A DNA stretch of 64,000 nt, from contig CAVUKA010000001.1 in NCBI GenBank assembly GCA_963741945.1, positions 800,001 to 864,000 of the forward strand. The letters run 5' to 3'. Under the pieces are notes generated by a model. The model searched no databases. It was not told where the DNA came from and was given only the letters and a program-made list of their open reading frames with translations. Position 1 is the first letter of the stretch; each line of letters begins with the position of its first letter. The position numbers and the translations under genes were made by a program. The DNA is from an uncultured Gemmatimonadales bacterium (lineage in GTDB: Bacteria; Gemmatimonadota; Gemmatimonadetes; Longimicrobiales; RSA9). Below, piece by piece: positions 11,226 to 21,101 of the stretch.

Positions 11226-12407
11226 CTACACGGCCGCCAGCGCCTGCTCCAGGTCCGCGATCAGGTCCGCCGCGTCCTCGATCCCCACCGCGTAGCGCAC
11301 CAGCCCGTCCGTGAAGCCGGCCGCGGCGCGGGCATCCGGCGACATGGAAGCGTGCGTCATGGAAGCCGGGTGCTCGATGAGCGTTTCCACGCCGCCGAGG
11401 GAAACGGCCAGCGTCGCCAGTTCCACATGATCCATCAACCGCCGGCCGGCATCGAGCCCACCCTTCACTTCGAACGCGATCATGGACCCGAAGCCGCTCA
11501 TCTGGCGCTTCGCCAGCTCGTGCTGCGGGTGAGAGGGAAGGCCGATGTAGCGCACCCACTCGACTTTGGGATGCGCTTCCAGCCAGCGCGCGATCTCCAT
11601 TGCCCCCTGCTGTGCCCGCTCGACGCGGATCCCCAACGTCTTCAGCCCACGCAGCACCAGGAACGCCTGGTGGGGGTCCATGTTCCCGCCCAGGCTCGTC
11701 ATGACTTCACGCAGCCTGGCCAGGATATCCTTCTCCCTGGCCACCAGGATCCCGCCCACGACATCGGCGTGGCCATTGATGAACTTGGTCACGGAATGGA
11801 GCGCGATGTCCGCGCCGAGCGCGAGCGGCTGCTGCAGGTACGGGCTGGCAAACGTGTTGTCCACGGCCAGAAGCGCGCCGTGCTCGTGCGCGATCTCCGC
11901 CGCGCCGGCGATGTCGGTCACGTGCATGGCCGGATTCGAGGGAGACTCCACGTACACCAGCCGGGTTTCCGGGCGCATCGCCGCGCGCAGGTTCTCCAGC
12001 TCCGACGTGTCCACGTAGGAGGCGACCACGCCAAAGCGGGAGAAATGCTTGTCCACGACAACCCGGCTCGGGCCGTACACCGAGGCCGTGCTCACCAGGT
12101 GCGCGCCCTGGCCCAGCAGCGCCATGTAGACCGTGCTGACGGCCGCCATGCCGGACGCCGTGGCGATCCCGCCAACGCCGCCCTCCAGCTCGGCGACGCT
12201 CTCTTCCAGCGCCCGGGTTGTGGGATTGCCCAGGCGCGTGTAGATGAAGCCGTCCTCTTCACCCGCGAACAGCGCAGCACCGTGGACGGCGTCCCGGAAG
12301 GCGAAGGTGGAGCTCTGATAGATGGGGACGTTCACCGCGCCCGTGGCGTCCGGGTGGTACGTCCCATGGACCAGCTTGCTGTTGATGCCGAGTTCCCGCG
12401 TGCTCAT
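11226..12407 (-). CDS. Trans-sulfuration PLP enzyme (methionine gamma-lyase / cystathionine gamma-synthase family)
   Basis: PIYQSSTF, YTRLGNPT, ESPSNP, VDNTFASP, HSVTKFINGHADV, AVSLGGVETLIEHPASMTH. Confidence 0.9.
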   Translation of the reverse strand: MSTRELGINSKLVHGTYHPDATGAVNVPIYQSSTFAFRDAVHGAALFAGEEDGFIYTRLGNPTTRALEESVAELEGGVGGIATASGMAAVSTVYMALLGQGAHLVSTASVYGPSRVVVDKHFSRFGVVASYVDTSELENLRAAMRPETRLVYVESPSNPAMHVTDIAGAAEIAHEHGALLAVDNTFASPYLQQPLALGADIALHSVTKFINGHADVVGGILVAREKDILARLREVMTSLGGNMDPHQAFLVLRGLKTLGIRVERAQQGAMEIARWLEAHPKVEWVRYIGLPSHPQHELAKRQMSGFGSMIAFEVKGGLDAGRRLMDHVELATLAVSLGGVETLIEHPASMTHASMSPDARAAAGFTDGLVRYAVGIEDAADLIADLEQALAAV

Positions 12408-12621
12408 CGAGCCGACCTCCCCCATGGTTGCAGGCGGCCGCACCCCGGTTCGGGATGCCGCCGCGTTCGCGCCTGGCCGGGGGCTTCGGTCGGCCGTGCT
12501 CGCGGGCGGAAGATGGCGCGTGCTTCAGGGCATGGCAACGCCCGGTGAGCGGAGCGAGTAGGGGACGGGCGACGCCCTCGGAGTGCGGCTTCGGCCGGGC
12601 TGCTCGCTCCCGTTCGCCTCC

Positions 12622-13218
12622 TCAGCGCACACGGGCGCTTCTGAGGATCGACTCCGCCGTCTTGTCCCCGATCCCCGGGATGTGGGTGATGTCATGCTCG
12701 CTGTGGAATTCGCCGCCCAGCTCCTGGTCCCGGTAGCGCACGATCTTCTCTGCCGTGGCGGGGCCGATCCCGAACACGCTGTCCAGCTCCTCGGCCGTCG
12801 CCGTGTTCAGGTTCACCCGCTTCGTCTCACCATCGCCTCGGTCCGACCGGCGGCCGCCCGACGCGCGGCCTGACGCCCGCGGCGCGCTCCGACGGGTTTC
12901 GCCGTCCACCCACCGGGCGCTGTCATTCTCCTCGGCGGTCTCCCGGCTGATCAGCTTGTTGAAGTTGCTCGGACCGCCGGCGGCGAGGGTCTCCTGGTAC
13001 AGCAGCACCAGGTTCTTCTCGTCGAACTTGTCGAACCACTCATCCCACGAGATCGCCTCGAGCGATCTTTCGCCGGAGTAGTCCGGGAAGTCCAGTCGGA
13101 TCAGCCCCGGGTCATCCTCAGTATGCGTCGAGCGGACGGTGGAAGGGGTCCCATCCCGTTCTTCCACCCACTTCCGGATCCGCTCGTGATCGGTGGTCAT
13201 GTATCGTTCGCCCGCCAT
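12622..13218 (-). CDS. Uncharacterised N-terminal domain fused to a ComEA-type helix-hairpin-helix DNA-binding domain
   Basis: AGGAGGAG RBS; C-terminal VNLNTATAEEL..VFGIGPATA.KIV.YR and HIPGIGDKT HhH motifs. Confidence 0.75.
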   Translation of the reverse strand: MAGERYMTTDHERIRKWVEERDGTPSTVRSTHTEDDPGLIRLDFPDYSGERSLEAISWDEWFDKFDEKNLVLLYQETLAAGGPSNFNKLISRETAEENDSARWVDGETRRSAPRASGRASGGRRSDRGDGETKRVNLNTATAEELDSVFGIGPATAEKIVRYRDQELGGEFHSEHDITHIPGIGDKTAESILRSARVR

Positions 13219-13503
13219 GGTGCTCCTCCTGCTGCGCACGGTAGTCCGGGCGCGGACCATATCTCCGCAACCCGTTGTGATCACGTGAGATAGGTGCAAA
13301 CAGCTTGCCAGCATCGCTGCGTCGAGACGGGTCTGGGACGGGCCTTCCACCGTCCGCCCGACGCCCGGTCACGGCCGCCCGCAATGCCGAGCGCCGCGCC
13401 CTCTCCTGCCCCTCGGTTGTCCCCTCTCCTGTGACGCGGTAGCATGTCCGGACCGGCCGGAGTCGCACCATCCCGTTCCACCATCTCCAATGCAGGAGCC
13501 AGC

Positions 13504-16500
13504 ATGCGGCCACTGACGCGCGTACCCCGGGGCGCGGCGCTCGCGCTTCTTCTCGCACTTCCCCTCCTTGCCGCCGGCCCGACGGCCGCGGCTGCGCAGC
13601 GGCGTGGCGATCGCGGCGGACCGCAGGTGAGCCAGCCGGCCCAGCTCCATTTCGATTACCTGGGGCCGGAGAGCGCCGGGCGGATCGCGGCGGTCGCTGG
13701 AGTGCCGGGGCGGCCGTCCACGTTCTACCTGGGGGCGGCTTCTGGCGGGGTCTGGAAGACAGTGGACGGCGGCGAGACCTTCGAGCCGGTGTTCGACGAC
13801 CAGCCGGTGCAGGCCATCGGCGCGCTGGCCGTGGCGCCGAGCGACCCGGCCGTGGTGTGGGCCGGGACGGGTGAGGCGTGGGCGATCCGCGACGCGGACA
13901 TCATGGGCGATGGCGTCTATCGCTCGACGGACGCGGGCAGGACGTGGCGACACATGGGGCTGGAGGCCACCGGGCGGATCGGCCGCATCGTGATCCATCC
14001 CGCGGATCCCCGAACGGTGTACGTGTGCGCGCTGGGGCGCGCCACGGGACCGCAGCAGGAGCGCGGCGTCTTCCGCACCACCGATGGCGGCGAGCACTGG
14101 AGCCGCGTCCTGTTCGTGGACGAGAACACCGGCTGCTCGGGGCTGGCCATGGACCCGACGCGCCCTGACGTCCTGTTCGCGGGCACCTGGGACGTTGTCA
14201 TGCACACGTGGGTCATGCACAGTGGCGGTCCCGGGAGCGGCCTCTACACGACGCGGGATGGTGGCGACCACTGGACCCGTATCGAGGATCCCGGGCTCCC
14301 GCAGCCGCCGGTGGGCAAGGTCGACGTCGCCGTCGCACCCTCGCGGCCCGACCGGGTCTACGCGCTGATCCAGACGGGGTCGCAGGGGTCGCTCTGGCGC
14401 TCGGATGACAGCGGACAGCGCTGGAAAGTGGTCAGCTGGGACCGCACGCTCATCGGCCGCGGCGGCTACTACATCCGGCTCGGCGTCAATCCGGTGGACG
14501 CGGACGAAGTGGTGGTGATGAACAGCAGCTCCCACCGCTCCACCGATGGCGGCCTGACCTTCCCCGACGAGGCGGGCGGGTGCGGCGACTGTCACGACAT
14601 CTGGTGGGACATGCTCGACGCGGACCACTGGATCGTCACCGGCGATGGTGGCGCCGGCGTGACCCGGGACCACGGCCGGAGCTTCCAGCCGATCCGCCTT
14701 CCCATCGGCCAGATGTACCACGTGGCCGTGGACGGCCGCACGCCCTACTGGGTGTACAGCAACCGCCAGGACAACGGTTCCATGCGCGGGCCCAGCAACA
14801 CCCCCGTCGCCGTCGACAACGTCCCCTCCTACGCGCCGCCGGACGCCAATCCCACACGCCGGAGCTCCGGCGAGGGAGGCGAGAACACGTGGGGCTACGG
14901 AGGTCCACCGCCTGCACGCTGGGAAGGCCCGCTCGGCGGGTGCGAGTCCGGCTTCACCATCCCGGACCCCACGAACCCGGACGTCGTCTGGGCCACCTGT
15001 TACGCGAACACGGTCACCCGCTACGACGCCGACCTCGGGCTCGCCCGCGGTGTCAGCCCCGGGATGCACACGCTCGATTCGCCCCCGGACGCGCTGAAGT
15101 ACCGCTGCCACTGGACGCCGCCCCTCGCCATCGACCCGTTCGACCCGGAAACGGTCTACTACGGCTGTCAGGTGATCTTCCGCACGCGCAGCCGGGGGCA
15201 GAGCTGGGACGTGATCAGCCCGGACCTCTCCACCCAGGACCGGTCGCGCATCGCGTTCTCCGGCGGGATCCCGGGCGAGGAGCCGGCGCACGCCACGGGC
15301 GACAATCTCGGGCAGTACTACGGCGAGGTGGTGTTCGCCATCGCGCCCTCGCCGCTGGAGCGAGGCCTGATCTGGGCGGGCACCAACGACGGGCTGATGT
15401 GGATCACCCGCAACGGCGGGAAGACGTGGGCGAACCTGAACGCGAACGTGCGTGGACTGCCGGAGTGGGGCACGATCCGCCGGATCGAGCCGTCGCACTT
15501 CCACGCGGGCACCGCGTACGTGACGGTGGACTACCACCTCATGGACGACCGCGACCCGTACGTCTACAGGACCGCCGATTACGGGAGAACGTGGACGAAG
15601 ATCAGCGACGAGCTCCCCCACGGTCATCCCCTCGACTATGTCATGGCGGTGGCGGAGAACCCGAACCGGGAGGGTATGCTCTTCGCCGGCACCGGCCACG
15701 GCTTCTACTACTCCATGGACGACGGCGCGAAGTGGACGCGGCTCCAGGGCGGGCTGCCGGCCGCGCCCGTGAGCTGGATCGCGGTCGCGCCGCGCTCCCA
15801 CGACGTCGTCGTGTCGACGTACGGTCGTGGGCTCTGGGTGCTGCGCGACATCACGCGGCTGGAGCAGGACGACGAGGTCCCAGCCGGCGCCGACGCCTAC
15901 CTTTATCGGCCCCGCCCCGCCGTCCGCCACCCCCGCAGCGGCCGCGCCGAGATCCTGTACCGTGTGGCGCAGATGCCGGACACCACGGCCACGTTCGAGA
16001 TCCTGGACGGGAGCGGCGCGGTCATCCGCACCATGGAAGCGGCGCCCCGGGCGGGACTGAACTCGGTGACGTGGGACCTGCGCTACAACGGCCCGAAGCA
16101 GCCGGAGCTGCGCACGCTCGCCCCGCTCAACCCGCACATCTGGGAGGGGGCGCGCTTCAAGGGGAAGGAGATTCGCCCGATCATCCATTGGGGGACCGAG
16201 GCCGCCCAGCGGCAGGGGCCGATCGCCGCGCCCGGCCGCTACGCCGTGCGGGTCACGCTGGCCGGGCACACGCTCACGCAGCCGGTGGAAGTGGTGAAGG
16301 ACCCGTCGATTCCGGCGAGCGACGCCGAGCTGGCCGCCTCCACGGCCGCGCAGCTCCGGGTCCGGGCCGGCATCGATTCCGTCGTCGCCATGACGAACCG
16401 CCTCGAGGTCATGCGCAAGCAGATCGAGGATCTCTCGCGCGAGCACGCGGGCGAGCCGACGCTGGCCGAGCCGCTGGCCGCGCTCGACAGCGCCATGATG

Positions 16501-16839
16501 GACATGGAGCTCCGCTTCCTCACCCGCGAGGAGCTGAACTCCGACGACAAGTGGTACGTGGAGCAGAACCGGCTCTACCTCCAGTACGTCTGGCTGTCCG
16601 CGGACCTGGGCTCCGGCGGCGGGGACGTGCAGGGCGGCGCCGACCACAGGCCCACGGTCGCGCAGATGGCGTGGCTCCGCTCGCTGGAGGAGGAGCTCGC
16701 GTCCGCCACAAAGGCTTACCACGCGCTGATGGAAACCACAGTGGCCGCGTTCAACGCCCGCATGGCCGGGAAGCTGCCGGCGATCACGCCGGAGCTCCCG
16801 GAGCACCATGCCTCGGAGGAGGACGGCCCCGGGAGCTGA
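13504..16839 (+). CDS. Secreted BNR/Asp-box beta-propeller (sortilin/VPS10-like) glycosyl hydrolase-like protein
   Basis: Signal peptide; repeated (S/T)xDxGxTW Asp-boxes; GP...GRI N-terminus. Confidence 0.85.
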   Translation: MRPLTRVPRGAALALLLALPLLAAGPTAAAAQRRGDRGGPQVSQPAQLHFDYLGPESAGRIAAVAGVPGRPSTFYLGAASGGVWKTVDGGETFEPVFDDQPVQAIGALAVAPSDPAVVWAGTGEAWAIRDADIMGDGVYRSTDAGRTWRHMGLEATGRIGRIVIHPADPRTVYVCALGRATGPQQERGVFRTTDGGEHWSRVLFVDENTGCSGLAMDPTRPDVLFAGTWDVVMHTWVMHSGGPGSGLYTTRDGGDHWTRIEDPGLPQPPVGKVDVAVAPSRPDRVYALIQTGSQGSLWRSDDSGQRWKVVSWDRTLIGRGGYYIRLGVNPVDADEVVVMNSSSHRSTDGGLTFPDEAGGCGDCHDIWWDMLDADHWIVTGDGGAGVTRDHGRSFQPIRLPIGQMYHVAVDGRTPYWVYSNRQDNGSMRGPSNTPVAVDNVPSYAPPDANPTRRSSGEGGENTWGYGGPPPARWEGPLGGCESGFTIPDPTNPDVVWATCYANTVTRYDADLGLARGVSPGMHTLDSPPDALKYRCHWTPPLAIDPFDPETVYYGCQVIFRTRSRGQSWDVISPDLSTQDRSRIAFSGGIPGEEPAHATGDNLGQYYGEVVFAIAPSPLERGLIWAGTNDGLMWITRNGGKTWANLNANVRGLPEWGTIRRIEPSHFHAGTAYVTVDYHLMDDRDPYVYRTADYGRTWTKISDELPHGHPLDYVMAVAENPNREGMLFAGTGHGFYYSMDDGAKWTRLQGGLPAAPVSWIAVAPRSHDVVVSTYGRGLWVLRDITRLEQDDEVPAGADAYLYRPRPAVRHPRSGRAEILYRVAQMPDTTATFEILDGSGAVIRTMEAAPRAGLNSVTWDLRYNGPKQPELRTLAPLNPHIWEGARFKGKEIRPIIHWGTEAAQRQGPIAAPGRYAVRVTLAGHTLTQPVEVVKDPSIPASDAELAASTAAQLRVRAGIDSVVAMTNRLEVMRKQIEDLSREHAGEPTLAEPLAALDSAMMDMELRFLTREELNSDDKWYVEQNRLYLQYVWLSADLGSGGGDVQGGADHRPTVAQMAWLRSLEEELASATKAYHALMETTVAAFNARMAGKLPAITPELPEHHASEEDGPGS

Positions 16840-16881
16840 TCTGCCGCGCAGCACCGGGAGATCCCCGGGGGGCGGTCAGAC

Positions 16882-17216
16882 CTACCGGCCCACCGCCATC
16901 CCCGGGATCGCCAGCGTGAGGAGCGCGGCGGCGGCCAGGGAGCTGGTCCGCATCCGGCGCCCGAGCCGCAGCTGAAATCGCCCGAGTGCCAGCCGTACAG
17001 CCAGATCCCGCTCACGAGCGTGGCGCCCGACGCGACCCCGATCCACACGTGGATCTTCCAGACGTTGATCAGATGGGCCATGACCCGGCCCCCACCGGGA
17101 CCCGCGCTCGCCACGCTCGGACCGACGAAGAAGGTCATCATCAGGGAGGAGCCATACCAGAACGCGCCGCCCACGACGTGCAGCACGCGAAGTAGATGGA
17201 GGAGCCCCGGGTTCAT
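16882..17216 (-). pseudogene. Membrane protein (LHV..GA.W family), apparently frameshifted or truncated
   Basis: Two TM helices in one frame; the hydrophobic continuation (SLAAAALLTLAIPGMAV) lies in another frame after ~16970. Confidence 0.45.
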
Positions 17217-17368
17217 GGGGCCCTCCGGGAGAAGCGGACGAGCATTGCCTCACCTCACCGTGCGGTAGGGAACGGAGAGCGGGGTTTCCTGTACACCACC
17301 GCCACCCCCCGCCTATCTTGATCGAAACCCGTCAAAAGCCATCCCCCGCAGCCGGAGCAGATCCCGGA

Positions 17369-20338
17369 ATGAGCCGCACCCCCCAAGCTGTTCTCGCCCT
17401 GTACATGACCGCAGTGCTCGCCGCAGGATGCGACGGAGGACCGACCGAAACCGCGCTTCCCCTTCGCGCCGAAGCACCTTCCCACGATCTCGCGCCTTCC
17501 AGCGGCGTCCGGTTCACGGAGCTGCACTACGACAACGCTGGCACCGACACCGGTGAGGCCATCGAGATCACCGGACCGGCGGGAACCGACCTGACCGGCT
17601 GGAGCGTGGTCCTGTACAACGGGTCCACCAGCGAGGCATACGACACCCGGGGTCTGTCCGGGTCGCTTCCCGCGACATGTGGCTCCGAGGGCGTCTTGGT
17701 GCTCGACTACCCGTCCAACGGCATCCAGAACGGCAGTCCGGACGGGCTGGCGCTCGTGGACGCCACGGGCACAGTCGTCGAATTCCTCTCGTACGAGGGC
17801 CAGTTCACGGCCGTGGGCGGCCCGGCCGACGGGCTGACGGGCACGGACATCGGCGTGGCCGAGGGCTCGTCCACCGAGATCGGCCAGTCGCTCCAGCGCC
17901 TGGACGACGCCTGGCGGCCAGCGGCGGTCTCGTCGTTCGGGGAATGCAACGCCGGCCAGGGCGGCGGGGGCGGCGGGGGCGCCGCGGCCTACCTGAGCGA
18001 GCTGCACTACGACAACACCGGAACGGACGCGAACGAGGCGTTCGAGGTGGCCGGTCCGGCCGGCACCGACCTGGCCGGCTGGTCGGTGGTGCTGTACAAC
18101 GGGAACGGCGGAGTCGTGTACGGGACCGTGCCGCTTTCGGGCGTCATCCCCGCCACGTGCCGGCCGCACGGCGGCCTGGCGTTCACGCACTCCGGCATCC
18201 AGAACGGTCCGGACGGTCTCGCCCTCGTGGACGCGGAGGGGACCGTCGTCGAGTTCTTCTCCTACGAGGCAACGTTCGACGCGACGGACGGGCCGGCCGC
18301 CGGGATGACGTCCATGGACATGGGCGTGGCCGAGAGCTCGTCCACGCCGGACACGGAGTCGCTCCAGCGCGATGGCGCGGACCAGGACTGGTACGGTCCG
18401 GCGGCGTCCACGTTCGGCTGCGAGGCCGCGGGCGGCGGCGACAACGGCGACTCGCCCTCCGGCCCGCTCTTCCTGAGCGAGATCCGAGCGGACCAGCCGG
18501 ACTCCGACACCGACGAGTACTTCGAGGTGGGCGGTGCCGCCGGCACCACCATGGGCGGCGTGAGTCTGGTGGTCATCGGCGACGGCTCCGGTGGGGATGG
18601 CGTGATCGAGAACGTCACCGACATCGGCGCCTACACGCTGTCGTCGGAAGGGGCGTTCGTCGCCGCCGAGAGCAGCTTCAGCCTCGGCACCGCGGACCTC
18701 ACCACGTCGTTGAACTTCGAGAACGGCGGGAACCCCACGTACCTGCTGGTGGTGGGCTTCACCGGCACGAACGGGCAGGACCTCGACACGGACGACGACG
18801 GCACGCTCGACGCCATGCCGTGGACGGAGCTGCTCGACTGCGTCTCGCTCATCCAGTATCTCGGCGCCCAACCCACTTACTGCGACGCCCGCGTCGGGCT
18901 GGACGACCAGGGCTTCACCACCGGGCACGCCGTCCGCACCGGAGACGGCTGGATCAGCGGCATCTTCACGCCGCCCAGCGGTGACACGCCCGGCACCCTC
19001 ACCTTCGACCCGGCCACCGCCGTGGCGGGCCAGATCGCGCCGTGGAATCCCGGCGCGCACGGCGAGCCGACGGCGGTGTCGCTCAGCGCGTCGTACGTGA
19101 CGCTCCCGGTGGGTTACAACCGCGCCCTCTACGTCACGGTCTTCGATGACTACCACGACGCGGTGGACGGCGCGACGGTGACGTTCACGTCCTCCGACGC
19201 GGGCGTCGTGACCTCGGACCGGTATGGCAACCTGACGGCGGAAGGCGTGGGCACCGCCACGCTGGAGGCGGCGGTGACCGGGGATCCGTCGGTGAGCACC
19301 ACGGTCGCCGTCGAAGTGGTACCGGACGTGGCCAGCGGCGTCGCCTACCAGGACCACCTGGAGTTCGGCACGCCCACCGACGCCGACCCGAGTGACGACA
19401 TCCTGCTCCAGAGGGACGAGTACGCGGTGGACTACAACCCGCTCCGCGGCGCGGCCAACTGGGTGAGCTACGACCTGGACGAGTCCCACATCGGCGACGT
19501 GGCCCGCTGCGACTGTTACACGCCCGACCCCGCGCTGCCGGCATCGGCGCCGCACGTGATCAACTTCGACTACACGGGGAGCGGCTACAGCCGCGGCCAC
19601 CTGGTGCAGTCGTTCGACCGCACGGTCACGCTGCCCGACAACGCCTCCACGTACCTGACCACGAACATCATCCCGCAGGCGGCGGCCAACAACACGGGGC
19701 CGTGGGGCGACTTCGAGTACTACATCAACGGGCGCGCGTTCGCGGGCGAGGAGGTGTACGTCATCGCCGGCGGCGTATGGACGCCCGATGCGCCCACCCT
19801 GAAGGACGAGGGGAAGGTGGCCATCCCCAGCTGGACGTGGAAGGTGGCCGTGTTCCTCGGTCGCGACGAGACGCTGGCCGACGTCCACTCCCTCGACGAC
19901 CTCGAGGTCACCGCCATCATGACGCCGAACCGCCTGGAGCCGGGCGTGGATGGTACGGTGGACGGCATCAAGGGTGACTGGGAGAGCTACCGGGTGGAGG
20001 TGGACCAGATCGAAGCGGCCACTGGCTACGACCTGCTGTCGCTGCTCCCCGACGAGCTGGAGGCGCAGATCGAGAGTGGGCTGGATGGCCTGTCGGCAGC
20101 CTTCGGCGGGTTCGTCGCCGACGGCGCCATCGACCTCCCGGCCGAGAACGCGCTCAGCCAGGAGCTCGAACAGGCGCTCATGCAGCTCGAGCGGGGCCGG
20201 CCCGAGCTGGCGGCCCAGCGCCTCGACACCTTCCTGAACCTCCTGCGGGTGTTCGAGAGGAACGGGAAGATCACTTCCGAAGCTGCGGCCGCGCTGCGGG
20301 CTGAGGTGGAGCACGTGCTCACGGCCATCACGACATAG
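17369..20338 (+). CDS. Lipoprotein DNA/RNA non-specific endonuclease with lamin-tail-like repeats, Ig-like domain and helical C-terminal module
   Basis: Lipobox LAAGC; duplicated ELHYDN.GTD..E domains; ANWVSY, YSRGHL, TNIIPQ..NN..PW nuclease motifs. Confidence 0.85.
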   Translation: MSRTPQAVLALYMTAVLAAGCDGGPTETALPLRAEAPSHDLAPSSGVRFTELHYDNAGTDTGEAIEITGPAGTDLTGWSVVLYNGSTSEAYDTRGLSGSLPATCGSEGVLVLDYPSNGIQNGSPDGLALVDATGTVVEFLSYEGQFTAVGGPADGLTGTDIGVAEGSSTEIGQSLQRLDDAWRPAAVSSFGECNAGQGGGGGGGAAAYLSELHYDNTGTDANEAFEVAGPAGTDLAGWSVVLYNGNGGVVYGTVPLSGVIPATCRPHGGLAFTHSGIQNGPDGLALVDAEGTVVEFFSYEATFDATDGPAAGMTSMDMGVAESSSTPDTESLQRDGADQDWYGPAASTFGCEAAGGGDNGDSPSGPLFLSEIRADQPDSDTDEYFEVGGAAGTTMGGVSLVVIGDGSGGDGVIENVTDIGAYTLSSEGAFVAAESSFSLGTADLTTSLNFENGGNPTYLLVVGFTGTNGQDLDTDDDGTLDAMPWTELLDCVSLIQYLGAQPTYCDARVGLDDQGFTTGHAVRTGDGWISGIFTPPSGDTPGTLTFDPATAVAGQIAPWNPGAHGEPTAVSLSASYVTLPVGYNRALYVTVFDDYHDAVDGATVTFTSSDAGVVTSDRYGNLTAEGVGTATLEAAVTGDPSVSTTVAVEVVPDVASGVAYQDHLEFGTPTDADPSDDILLQRDEYAVDYNPLRGAANWVSYDLDESHIGDVARCDCYTPDPALPASAPHVINFDYTGSGYSRGHLVQSFDRTVTLPDNASTYLTTNIIPQAAANNTGPWGDFEYYINGRAFAGEEVYVIAGGVWTPDAPTLKDEGKVAIPSWTWKVAVFLGRDETLADVHSLDDLEVTAIMTPNRLEPGVDGTVDGIKGDWESYRVEVDQIEAATGYDLLSLLPDELEAQIESGLDGLSAAFGGFVADGAIDLPAENALSQELEQALMQLERGRPELAAQRLDTFLNLLRVFERNGKITSEAAAALRAEVEHVLTAITT

Positions 20339-20532
20339 GCCGAGCCACGCTACCCCGGCGGTACCGGGCGGCGCGAGACTGTACCCGGCGGCTCCCGGCC
20401 CCCGCAGACCGGGGTCGGGAGCGGGGGAGTACGCCGCCGAAACGCCCCCCATCGAGCGCCTCCACGCCTTCGTGGCGGCGCAGGGGCACGCTCCGGCGCG
20501 CAGGTGAAACCCGCCCCCCCGGCATCCGGGGC

Positions 20533-20985
20533 TCACGGCATGGTGACCCCGAAGCTGGTGGACAAGCGGAAGACGAAGTGCGACCACGTGTACGCCGCCT
20601 CGAACCGTGCCGGCGCCACCGGGTTCCAGCTCCCGTAGAGCTCGACGCCGAACCGGCGGGTGTTGCCGCCGTTCCGATAGAATGTCTCCAGCGGGCGGGG
20701 CGGCACCCGGTAGCGGTCGAAGTCGCCGTCCGTCTCCAGGTGGAAGAATGCGACGTCGAAACGGAACTGCCGACCCACCACCCCGCGCGCTCCGACTTCC
20801 TCCCCGCGCGACGTGGCGGGCTCCAGTGATTCGTTGAAGCCTCCGGCCGCCGCCGGGTTGTTGGCCAGCTCCTCCGTGGCGGGCGGCAGGAAGCCCTGTC
20901 CCCAGTTCGCGTAGAAGCTCAGCGTGGGCGACGGCGAGTACGAGAGCCCCACGCGGGCGGTGGCCCGGTCGAAGTTGCGTTCGCC
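20533..20985 (-). pseudogene. Internal fragment of a TonB-dependent receptor
   Basis: YANWGQGFLPP..EEL, LEPATS...EVG.R, YRNGG.TRRFGVE barrel motifs; only ~150 aa, with no plug domain or C-terminus. Confidence 0.65.
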
Positions 20986-21101
20986 GGGCGCTGCATACCG
21001 CCCAGCTCGACGGGCGTCACCACACTGGTGGCCGCGGGATTCTCCCGCAGCGGAATCGTGGTCCGCGCCACTGTCACCACGATGCCGAGCGCAGCCCGCC
21101 T

